Source: an uncultured bacterium (GTDB lineage: Bacteria; Patescibacteriota; Minisyncoccia; Phycocordibacterales; UBA2100). From it: 26,491 nt of DNA. The notes below the pieces were generated by a model. It worked only from the letters and a program-made list of their open reading frames with translations, had not been told where the DNA came from and did not search any database. Shown one piece after another: positions 7,315 through 14,632 of this stretch (the first letter of the stretch is position 1; every line of letters starts with the position of its first letter). The stretch spans positions 1 to 26,491 of the forward strand of contig CAIRSC010000089.1 of assembly GCA_903881205.1 (NCBI GenBank). The letters run 5' to 3'. A program made the translations under genes and the position numbers.

Positions 7315-8796
7315 ATGAAATACGTACTCTACGTACGAAAGAGCACTGAGGAAGATGACCGACAAGTATTGAGCATTGAAGCTCAGCTTGCTGAGCTGTC
7401 TTTGTATTCCGCCAAAGAAAAATTTGATATTGTTGCCTCCTTTGAGGAGGCGAAAACCGCCAAGGAGCCCGGGCGAACAAAGTTCGCAGAAATGCTGTCA
7501 TATATCGAGAGCGGGAAAGCAGAAGGCATCATATCGTGGCACCCTGACCGTCTCGCGCGCAATTCGGTGGACGGCGGCAAGATTATCCACCTGGTTGACC
7601 GTGGCTTGATTCGTTCCCTCAAATTCCCCACATTCTGGTTTGAACCCACGCCGCAGGGACTATTCATGCTCAATATTGCCTTTGGCCAATCAAAATATTT
7701 TTCTGACAATTTGCGAGAGAACGTGAAAAGAGGATTACGGCAAAAGATACGAAACGGGGTATGGCCCGGCTGGGCTCCGGCGGGGTACCTAAACAACCTC
7801 AAGACCCGAGGAATCGATGTAGACAACGCTAAGGCTCCAAAAGTACGGAAATTATTCGAATTGTACGCCACCGGAGCTTACACGCTCAACTCTCTCGCAA
7901 ATTGGTGCAAAGAAAACGGCTTGCGAGGCAACCGCGACAAGGAACTTCGCATATCCACCGTCCATCACGTCCTGAAAAATATTTTGTACATTGGCCTTAT
8001 GAAATACAACGGCGAGGTATTTGAGGGAACGCACGAGCCGATCCTGACAAAGAAACTTTTTGACCGAGTGCAGGAAATCCTCGCACAGCGGGGTAAAAAC
8101 CGCAGGGCCAAGCGGCGCACCTTTGCTTTTTCCGGCTTTCTCACGTGCGGCACCTGCACCTGCGCCATTACCGCCGAGCTACAGAAAGGACACACCTACT
8201 ACCGCTGTACCAAGAAAAAGCAAAAGTGCGACGAGAGATATATCCGCGAGGAAAAACTGACGGAGCAAATGCGGGGTTTCCTGCAAAAAGTTTCTTTGTC
8301 GAGCCAAGACACCGAGAAATGTTTGGCGGCGTTGAACAGCGAGGAAGCGCGAGCAAAAGAGGAATCACAGGGCGAAGTCCAACAACTGAAAACACAAACC
8401 GCAGACCTAGACACGAAGCTGGAAAAGTTGTTGGACGCTTACCTCACCGACGCGCTATCCACAGCGGAATACGCCGCCAAAAAAGAAAAGCTGGTGAACG
8501 AGAAAGTGCGCGTGCAAGAAAAAACCACCGACATCGAGACAAAAGGGGTGTCTTGGCTCGAACCGGCTCGTGAATTCGTTTTGTCTTTGAATCAAGCCAC
8601 GGTTCTGCTTTCCCGAAACGAAAAGAGCGAAATGACAGCGTTTCTGAAAACCATCGGCTCGAACCATGTGTTGCGTAATCGCGAATTTGTTTTTGACCCG
8701 AAACCGCACTATGCGCGAGCCGCCGCGCCCTGCGCGGCGGCGAGCTCTGACTTGCAATTTCCGAACTGGTGCCGAGAACCAGATTCGAACTGGTGA
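7315..8796 (+). CDS. Large serine recombinase LSR1 (resolvase, recombinase, zinc ribbon and coiled-coil domains)
   Basis: Catalytic motif YVRKS, DRLARN, zinc ribbon CGTC...YYRC...C. The last 10 codons overlap tRNA-Phe in antisense. Confidence 0.95.
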   Translation: MKYVLYVRKSTEEDDRQVLSIEAQLAELSLYSAKEKFDIVASFEEAKTAKEPGRTKFAEMLSYIESGKAEGIISWHPDRLARNSVDGGKIIHLVDRGLIRSLKFPTFWFEPTPQGLFMLNIAFGQSKYFSDNLRENVKRGLRQKIRNGVWPGWAPAGYLNNLKTRGIDVDNAKAPKVRKLFELYATGAYTLNSLANWCKENGLRGNRDKELRISTVHHVLKNILYIGLMKYNGEVFEGTHEPILTKKLFDRVQEILAQRGKNRRAKRRTFAFSGFLTCGTCTCAITAELQKGHTYYRCTKKKQKCDERYIREEKLTEQMRGFLQKVSLSSQDTEKCLAALNSEEARAKEESQGEVQQLKTQTADLDTKLEKLLDAYLTDALSTAEYAAKKEKLVNEKVRVQEKTTDIETKGVSWLEPAREFVLSLNQATVLLSRNEKSEMTAFLKTIGSNHVLRNREFVFDPKPHYARAAAPCAAASSDLQFPNWCREPDSNW

Positions 8797-8842
8797 CCCT
8801 TCCCTCTTCAGGGGAATGCTCTACCAACTGAGCTATCTCGGC
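8767..8842 (-). tRNA. tRNA-Phe(GAA) with encoded CCA
   Basis: GCCGAGA acceptor stem, TTCCC-CTGAAGA-GGGAA anticodon arm, TTCGAAT T-loop, ends GGCACCA. Confidence 0.97.
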
Positions 8843-8903
8843 AAATTCCGTCCGTTGGCTGGACGCCCATTAATATACCCGTCTTTGGCCCTTTTCTCAA
8901 TGA

Positions 8904-9218
8904 TTACTGTGCTGTTGTCGTTCCCGTCCCCATGCCGGGAATCTTGTTCTTGAATTGATTCCACGTATTTTCGAGGTCACTAAACTTCGTCTGCGCCTGC
9001 ACACTGGTCCCCTGTATCTGTTGGACCTCATCGAGCATGCGATTTACGACCGGCGCAAGATACGAAAGATAGAACCAGATCGGTGCCGCGAGCAGTGCCG
9101 CATATACGATGGTACGGATAATACCGCCCCAAAAAGCATTGCGCTTCATTGTGCGAAGCATCTTATTGTTCTCGAGCGTAAGGCGGTACGTCTCTCGAAT
9201 AAGATCATTTTCGGGCAT
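8904..9218 (-). CDS. Hypothetical single-pass membrane protein between the two tRNAs
   Basis: 104-aa ORF with one TM helix and coiled-coil character. TGgTACGAT lies 6 nt upstream of the ATG. Confidence 0.7.
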   Translation of the reverse strand: MPENDLIRETYRLTLENNKMLRTMKRNAFWGGIIRTIVYAALLAAPIWFYLSYLAPVVNRMLDEVQQIQGTSVQAQTKFSDLENTWNQFKNKIPGMGTGTTTAQ

Positions 9219-9282
9219 GGAGATATCGTACCATTTAAAACCAACACGCCCCGGAGGGCGTGTGGTAAAGTTGCCTCGTTAC

Positions 9283-9354
9283 CCCCTTGTAGCTCAATGG
9301 ATAGAGCAGTCCCGTCCTAAGGGAAAGATGTAGGTTCGATTCCTGCTAAGGGGA
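9283..9354 (+). tRNA. tRNA-Arg(CCT), no encoded CCA
   Basis: CCCCTTG/TAAGGGG acceptor, GCTC/GAGC D stem, loop GTCCTAA, GTAGG-TTCGATT-CCTGC T arm. Confidence 0.9.
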
Positions 9355-10867
9355 CATGACAATTCTGACCACCACCTGACGCCGATGTCAGTGTGAAGAT
9401 TGGCGCTAATTCGACGGTTTTGAATTCCGGATACTGGAACCCGACATTTTGGGGGAAGAAGAGGCTTATCAAAACCCTAAGCTCTCCAGGCTCCAGCGTT
9501 GCCCAACAATGCGGGAATTCTTTTACGAGGCTAATGCCGAACTTTACTGCTGACTCTACTGACTCCTCGGGGCTGATGAGTGCGCTCCTCTGAATTTCCA
9601 GATTCCGCTGCTCTGCTTGCTGCTTCTCACTTTTGCGAGCGTAGTCCTCGTTGGTAATCTTTCTCTCCAGCATCAGCTGCAATAAGGAATCTCTCTCCTC
9701 TTGCAGCTTTTCCATTCTCCTCTCAACTTTCTCTGCAAGACTCAAGCTCTCTTTGTTCTCTTTCTCATGGGCGATGATTATTGCTTCTCCTACTGCGTCC
9801 AACACGTTGGAATCCGGAGTAATGGATTCAAGGAATCTTGTGAAGTCATCTTCCATGTCCGTTTTAGCGATTGCTCTTCTGAGAGGACAACCGAAATTCA
9901 TGCAGCTGTAGTAACCGTACATTTTGCTTCTGCCCTTAGTACGACCTCCCGTCAGGTTTCCTCCGCAGCCACCGCACTTCAGCCCCCTGAGAGGAAAGTC
10001 AGGATTATTCCTACTGCGAGGCTGCTTACGAGATTTGCTGCCCTCCTTGAGAAGCTGCACCTTGAAATACAATTCCTTAGAAATGATGGGCTCATGTCTG
10101 CCTTGTACCGAGATGTTGAATTTTGGTATTTCGATCCAGCCGTAGTGGATTGGGTTCCGTAGGATGTTATATACAAGCTGCTTTCCTACTTTGCGGCCGA
10201 ATCTACTGCGGATATCTCCCATCGCATTAATCTTTTTAGCGATTTCCAGATAGGTCGTTGTGCCTCTTGCGAACTCCTCAAAGCAGAACTTAACGATGGA
10301 CGCTTTTTGAGGATGTGGGGTTATGGTCTTTTTACCGAGTTCATCCTTGCTGTTTTTATAGCCCCAAGGCGCAAGAACAGGCCAATATCCATCGAGGGCT
10401 TTTGCTTTCATGCCAGCGACAGCTCTCTCACCTCGGACATCATTGTCGAACTGAGCGATGACAGCCAGCATTCCCTCCGAGAGTCTTCCGTGAGAAGTGT
10501 TCTCAATCAATTCCGTGGCAGATCTTAGTTCGACCTTACACTCTCGGAGCACTAACTTTATTGCGAAGTGGTCTACTTGATTGCGAGCCAACCTATCGAC
10601 CTTGTAGACGATCAGGTACCCAATTCTCCCTACGTTTTTTATGCAGTGCTTCTGGAGGTTTTGTAGCTCCGTTCTGTCTGCATTCTTCGCTGACTCTCCT
10701 TCTTCACGAAACACCTGCAGAACCTCCCAGCCATTTTTATCCGCGTAGGCTCTGCAATCCTTTTCCTGATTCATGAGGCTGTATCCCCGCACTTGGTCTT
10801 CGGACGAGACACGCACATAGATGATGCAGGTCTTTGGACGCTCAACGCTCTTAATTTGTTTTTTCAT
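9317..10867 (-). CDS. Large serine recombinase LSR2
   Basis: YVRVSS, VDRLARN, zinc ribbon CGGC...YYSC...C and a coiled coil. The C-terminus VPLAGIEPTSFP* is read from the antisense strand of tRNA-Arg. Confidence 0.95.
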   Translation of the reverse strand: MKKQIKSVERPKTCIIYVRVSSEDQVRGYSLMNQEKDCRAYADKNGWEVLQVFREEGESAKNADRTELQNLQKHCIKNVGRIGYLIVYKVDRLARNQVDHFAIKLVLRECKVELRSATELIENTSHGRLSEGMLAVIAQFDNDVRGERAVAGMKAKALDGYWPVLAPWGYKNSKDELGKKTITPHPQKASIVKFCFEEFARGTTTYLEIAKKINAMGDIRSRFGRKVGKQLVYNILRNPIHYGWIEIPKFNISVQGRHEPIISKELYFKVQLLKEGSKSRKQPRSRNNPDFPLRGLKCGGCGGNLTGGRTKGRSKMYGYYSCMNFGCPLRRAIAKTDMEDDFTRFLESITPDSNVLDAVGEAIIIAHEKENKESLSLAEKVERRMEKLQEERDSLLQLMLERKITNEDYARKSEKQQAEQRNLEIQRSALISPEESVESAVKFGISLVKEFPHCWATLEPGELRVLISLFFPQNVGFQYPEFKTVELAPIFTLTSASGGGQNCHVPLAGIEPTSFP

Positions 10868-11207
10868 GGTTTTTATTTTTATTTTCTAAGGTGACGAATG
10901 CTACTTTCACTCCGATTGACTTGAATGCTGCAATTTTTTGGTTGCAGAACATCTTGTACTTATCGAGGTTCTCTGGACGATACACGATGAGGAGATTGAT
11001 TTCTCCCGCACTGTCTTTGGCGTACTGAAGTGCCGCAGGGATTTGCCCCTTCTTCCGCCTCCTCCAGTAACGCTCCCGAAACACCTTCGCAATCTTTAAG
11101 CCGTTTGCTTCCGCATACGCCAGACAATGCTTCTCTTGAGAGAGCAGATCATCGACTGCCCATTTTCCCCAGTAGTCTGTCCGAACGTACACTATTGCTT
11201 TTTTCAT
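10851..11207 (-). CDS. Stand-alone resolvase-like catalytic domain lacking the catalytic Ser
   Basis: MKKAIVYVRTD...Q...CLAYAEANGLKIAKVFRE...LLIVYRPENL. Aligns by eye with the LSR2 N-terminus and overlaps the LSR2 start by 17 nt. Confidence 0.7.
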   Translation of the reverse strand: MKKAIVYVRTDYWGKWAVDDLLSQEKHCLAYAEANGLKIAKVFRERYWRRRKKGQIPAALQYAKDSAGEINLLIVYRPENLDKYKMFCNQKIAAFKSIGVKVAFVTLENKNKNHEKTN

Positions 11208-11497
11208 ACTGTTATTTTCTAATTTAACCTCGTAATTTTTGTCTCTCACGACCGCCGCGCTTTTTCTGGATTCCCAGAACTGGCGGAACGACACCTAGAA
11301 CACCGAAAGTTGGATGGGGTGCTCTTCGCTCTGGCTTCCGTGGTTGCTCTCTGGGGAAACCAGTTTTGGGCTTTCAGCCACACGCTAGACCACCACTGAA
11401 GGTGCGAAACGGCAGGTTGGAGCGACTTATCAACCTCCCGCTGCATTTCTTGCTCTGAAGGTAGAAAGCACCACCCATCTTTTTCCCTTCGTAGAAG

Positions 11498-11534
11498 CTT
11501 CTTTATAAAGAAGTTCTTTATAGAACTTCTTATA
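11498..11534. repeat. AT-rich overlapping palindromes and short direct repeats (origin- or operator-like)
   Basis: 16-bp palindrome at 11498-11513, 10-bp IR at 11508-11517/11522-11531, and ttct(t)tata x3. Confidence 0.7.
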
Positions 11535-11538
11535 ATAA

Positions 11539-11925
11539 TTAGGATCTTTTTGGGTCTTTTCCGAAGCGGTCAATCTTCGCTTTAATGAAGTTTGCGGATT
11601 TTCGCACTTCCGCTGTCAATCTCCTGCCCGGAGTCTTTTTGACAAAGCCGCTTTCGATGATGTTGTCTTTTTCTAATCGTTCAAGCGTCGCTGCTATGTC
11701 CGATTCATTTCCGCCAGAGTACTCAGCAAGCTGTCCAAGCTTATAGAGGCAGTATTGATTGTGGCGCGTCATATTCTCGATTATCGAGAACAAGTGTCTC
11801 TCCAACGGCTCTTTTACGTCGTACTTCTTGCACAGACTGTGCATGATGAGGGAGTACTTTATTTCCTCTTTATCCTCCTGTGGTGGAGGCGGTATATTTT
11901 TAAGGTACTTCTTTGCATGTTCCAT
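11539..11925 (-). CDS. Hypothetical HTH protein, possibly the N-terminal domain of a phage-type replication initiator
   Basis: LGQLAEYSGGNESDIAATLERLEKDNII resembles a winged HTH. It lies directly upstream of the palindromic array. Confidence 0.45.
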   Translation of the reverse strand: MEHAKKYLKNIPPPPQEDKEEIKYSLIMHSLCKKYDVKEPLERHLFSIIENMTRHNQYCLYKLGQLAEYSGGNESDIAATLERLEKDNIIESGFVKKTPGRRLTAEVRKSANFIKAKIDRFGKDPKRS

Positions 11926-11969
11926 GTTTGTAATGTTTACTCTGACAACCTTTCAGCGCTGGTTCCCAC

Positions 11970-12158
11970 CTAGGGTGGTTCCTCTTGGTTGGTAGGGCTG
12001 CTTCTTTGTTTGGCCATCACTCTTGCCCAGATTCTTAGTAATTCTGGAGCTAGTAGAAGGCAAAAGTCAGTGATGTGCTGCGCCTCGACTTCGGTGTATT
12101 GATTTTTTTGGCGCAAAATTCTTAAGATTTTTTCACGCTCATCCGATGTGTGCTCCAT
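11970..12158 (-). CDS. Small hypothetical protein
   Basis: 62-aa ORF co-oriented with its neighbours and filling the gap between them. Confidence 0.4.
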   Translation of the reverse strand: MEHTSDEREKILRILRQKNQYTEVEAQHITDFCLLLAPELLRIWARVMAKQRSSPTNQEEPP

Positions 12159-12199
12159 GCACTTTGTGCAGAATTTCTCGGAATTTTCCTTACATCAAC

Positions 12200-12222
12200 A
12201 AAAAAGCCCCGATTTACGGGGT
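12200..12222 (-). terminator. Intrinsic terminator
   Basis: ccccg-taaat-cgggg followed by CTTTTTT on the minus strand, just after ORF 12248-13045. Confidence 0.6.
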
Positions 12223-12247
12223 CTGACATCCTCAGGAAAAGATTTGT

Positions 12248-13045
12248 TTATTCTAGGTAGGCTCGTTCCTCCCGTTGCTCTGGTAGGATTTCAAATACCA
12301 CCTGATATGCGTCCCCACCCAGAGGCTCAAGCGGTTCTCCCGTTAATCGTGGGAAAACCTCCTTGAGAAGCGTTTTGAGAAGATTGATTTGTTTTCTCTT
12401 GCTCTCTTTAGCGGTCTTGCTTGAAGACAATTTGATAAGCCCCTTGTTAGCCGCCGCTTCTTCCAAGATGTGCCACTGCTCCTTGGGGCGACCACCTTTC
12501 TTTTCAAGCCCAAGCTGCGAACATTCAACACCATTCCTAGCCCAACTCTTGGAGGCTATACCGGCATATAGAGTGCGTCCATCTATGAATCGCAGTTGCA
12601 GGGAGCGCCAGTCAGCATCGGCTGGCGTGTCATCAATCACTATATGACTTGGAGAGATGCTTTCTGGGAATGCCGCTACAGCGCGTTCTATAATCTTGTC
12701 CAAGTCATCTATCCATAGCATCAAACAATCCTTTTCATCGTCAAAGTGAACTCCTTCGAGTACTTCAAAAACCTCAGTGACCATCGTGCCGATGACAAGT
12801 CCGTCATGGTATATGGTTCCATTAAGAATGGTGATATAAGATTTCTCTTTTGCGATTCTAGCGTTCCAATGACCAATTAAGGTTTTTGCCTCTGGATAGG
12901 AAATGTGGATACTCTGTAACACCTGAAATGGAATCTTTACTAGGAGAGGCTTTGAGTCTGGAGATAATTTTGATTGTGTGACAATCACTCCAATGAGATC
13001 GCAAATTTGCCTTTCTTGCTTTTGCGTCAATTTGCCTTGCTCCAT
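12248..13045 (-). CDS. Hypothetical protein, possible C-terminal winged-helix DNA-binding domain
   Basis: Long ORF. The C-terminal WHILEEAA...RKQINLLKTLLKEVF...YQV pattern resembles OmpR-type wHTH tails. Start ambiguous (13045 or 13099). Confidence 0.55.
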   Translation of the reverse strand: MEQGKLTQKQERQICDLIGVIVTQSKLSPDSKPLLVKIPFQVLQSIHISYPEAKTLIGHWNARIAKEKSYITILNGTIYHDGLVIGTMVTEVFEVLEGVHFDDEKDCLMLWIDDLDKIIERAVAAFPESISPSHIVIDDTPADADWRSLQLRFIDGRTLYAGIASKSWARNGVECSQLGLEKKGGRPKEQWHILEEAAANKGLIKLSSSKTAKESKRKQINLLKTLLKEVFPRLTGEPLEPLGGDAYQVVFEILPEQREERAYLE

Positions 13046-13180
13046 ATAGAAAATAGTACAGGCAAAGTGCCAATACGCCACCACCTTTCCTTTCTGCAAT
13101 AGCGAGGTAAGCTTCTAGGACACATACCAAATATCGAAGAGATCTAAACCGTCAGCCTTCCAAAAGCAGGCGGCACGATC

Positions 13181-13308
13181 GCAAATCGTTGACTACAGAA
13201 AACCCGTCATTTAGGGCGTAGTCAACGTTGCAGAGGGAAACTTCTGTAGAGCCGCAAGGCTCCCTAGTGGCGGGCTTTATGTTTGCCCACCACTAATTAC
13301 GAATTAGT
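13181..13308 (+). ncRNA. Candidate structured RNA or leader (unassigned family)
   Basis: Consecutive stems: a 10-bp perfect stem (13187-13196/13218-13227), a GAAA-capped stem (13230-13247), a GCAA-capped stem (13249-13262) and two mutually exclusive 3' hairpins. Confidence 0.5.
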
Positions 13309-13323
13309 TGTGAGACAAGCATT

Positions 13324-13815
13324 ATGCACGTTGGACAAGTAATTGGTTTCATAAAGAGACAATGGTTAGCGGCAATCCTGATTATTCTTCTCATTCTCTT
13401 TTATCTATATTCTCAGAATTCCAACAAGCAAATTATTGATAATCAATTCAAATGCCAACAGCTTGCTAATCAGATCGAGCAGACAATACATTCCGACGAC
13501 ACTGGAATGTTTAGCATGTTGAGCGTGCTGAATGCTCATTTCAACTCCGAGACTCTACCTCCAGCGACGGCAACAAGTACGCCTGCCACTATCACAGGGG
13601 CTGATTTCTTCTATAAAGTCTTCTATAGTCGGAAATACAATTCCTGTTTGTACGCCCACTTTATCCGCGGAAAGGCTGTTGGAATTAACATGACACTTAT
13701 GTTGATTGATGACCTGCTTAGTGGCCAAAATGCGCTGTACATAGATGCCTCTCTTTCTATCTCAAATTCCGATGCGTATGCAGAACTTGAGAAACAAATC
13801 CCAAATTTTCAGTGA
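13324..13815 (+). CDS. Hypothetical membrane-anchored protein
   Basis: 163-aa ORF with an N-terminal TM helix (WLAAILIILLILFYLY) and a Cys pair. Confidence 0.7.
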   Translation: MHVGQVIGFIKRQWLAAILIILLILFYLYSQNSNKQIIDNQFKCQQLANQIEQTIHSDDTGMFSMLSVLNAHFNSETLPPATATSTPATITGADFFYKVFYSRKYNSCLYAHFIRGKAVGINMTLMLIDDLLSGQNALYIDASLSISNSDAYAELEKQIPNFQ

Positions 13816-14312
13816 TTGATATGAAATGGGGTAAACTTCCGGATTCAGGCCTCTTTAGAACTGCTGAACAGGGAGAAATGCTCAGACCATTTCTCATTCT
13901 AGCTTTTTCACTTATTGCCATAGTAGCTATTCTCTATAACACAAAAGATTCACCGGATAATCTACCCGCAAATGCACCTGCAACTGTCTTTGTTCCGCAG
14001 AGCGTAACTCCTGCAGAACAAAAGGCCGCAGTGGCGGGAATTGCAGCTCTAAAATGTCCAGAGGCATATGCCAACGATGTCGAAAGAGCAAAGGCTTTCT
14101 ATGAGTACTTCGACTATTTTTTTACGGTGTACCCGAATAAACACGGAATGTATGACTGGGACGCTGGCCGCATGGACTTCCTTATCTCACATCACTGCAC
14201 AACTACGCTTGTAGCCTATGGTTATGACGGGACAAGCCCGATAGACTCTGCGATTAGACAGAAGCTCATCAACAACGCTATGCAATCAGACCAAGCCACG
14301 AGCACGCCGTAG
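13812..14312 (+). CDS. Hypothetical membrane-anchored or secreted protein
   Basis: ORF coupled to the previous stop codon, with a hydrophobic segment and two Cys. Start ambiguous. Confidence 0.65.
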   Translation: MIDMKWGKLPDSGLFRTAEQGEMLRPFLILAFSLIAIVAILYNTKDSPDNLPANAPATVFVPQSVTPAEQKAAVAGIAALKCPEAYANDVERAKAFYEYFDYFFTVYPNKHGMYDWDAGRMDFLISHHCTTTLVAYGYDGTSPIDSAIRQKLINNAMQSDQATSTP

Positions 14313-14327
14313 TATCAGTAATGCCTT

Positions 14328-14540
14328 ATGCAAGAATCAGGCGATGTTCATTCCACGATACAACTGCTGACCATCAAGGAGGTTGCAGGGTTGCTGAAGA
14401 TATCTCAGATGACGGTACGTCGTTTGCAGCAGGGGCGGCATCTCCCGTTCATAAAGGTTGGCGGTAGTGTCCGTTTCGCCAAGAGTGACATTATTCAATA
14501 TCTAAAGAAACAGAGAATTGATTCAATCGATAGGTTTTGA
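14328..14540 (+). CDS. Excisionase-like HTH (MerR/HTH_17) DNA-binding protein
   Basis: LLTIKEVAGLLKISQMTVRRL...LPFIKVGGSVRF...I signature. Confidence 0.85.
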   Translation: MQESGDVHSTIQLLTIKEVAGLLKISQMTVRRLQQGRHLPFIKVGGSVRFAKSDIIQYLKKQRIDSIDRF

Positions 14541-14618
14541 GATTTGCTGGTCGTTGGGCTATTTACTAATTAAATAGTCAAGGAGCAGTACAGGAGCGGC
14601 CAGCAAATCTCAAAACCT
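14532..14618. repeat. 22-bp inverted repeat (21/22) with a nested AT-rich hairpin, between convergent genes
   Basis: aggttttgagatttgctggtcg (14532-14553) and cggccagcaaatctcaaaacct (14597-14618), with inner gctattta/taaatagt. Confidence 0.9.
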
Positions 14619-14632
14619 CCATTGGGGCTGCG

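Larger units (their letters stand above)
6295..8772 (+). mobile_element. Integrative element 1 (~2.5 kb, LSR-encoding) at the 3' end of tRNA-Phe
   Basis: GTGC core at 6295-6298 and 8769-8772. The joined attP sequence (8682-8772 plus 6299-6386) is independently present as an inverted copy at 7081-7259. Confidence 0.8.

Noticed and set aside
6944-7365. Several short ORFs over the composite repeat (6944-7318, 6984-7172, 7035-7232, 7048-7302, 7153-7365)
   Set aside because: They are fully explained by the tiled repeat copies of recombinase and att sequence.
12163-12174. 12-nt match (tttgtgcagaat) to the element 1 left junction
   Set aside because: No further att-arm similarity, and a 12-mer is plausible by chance given the number of comparisons made.
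13181-13308. Assignment of the structured RNA to c-di-GMP-I, HEARO/omega or ZTP families
   Set aside because: Only isolated words resemble them, and the conserved core sequences and spacing are absent.
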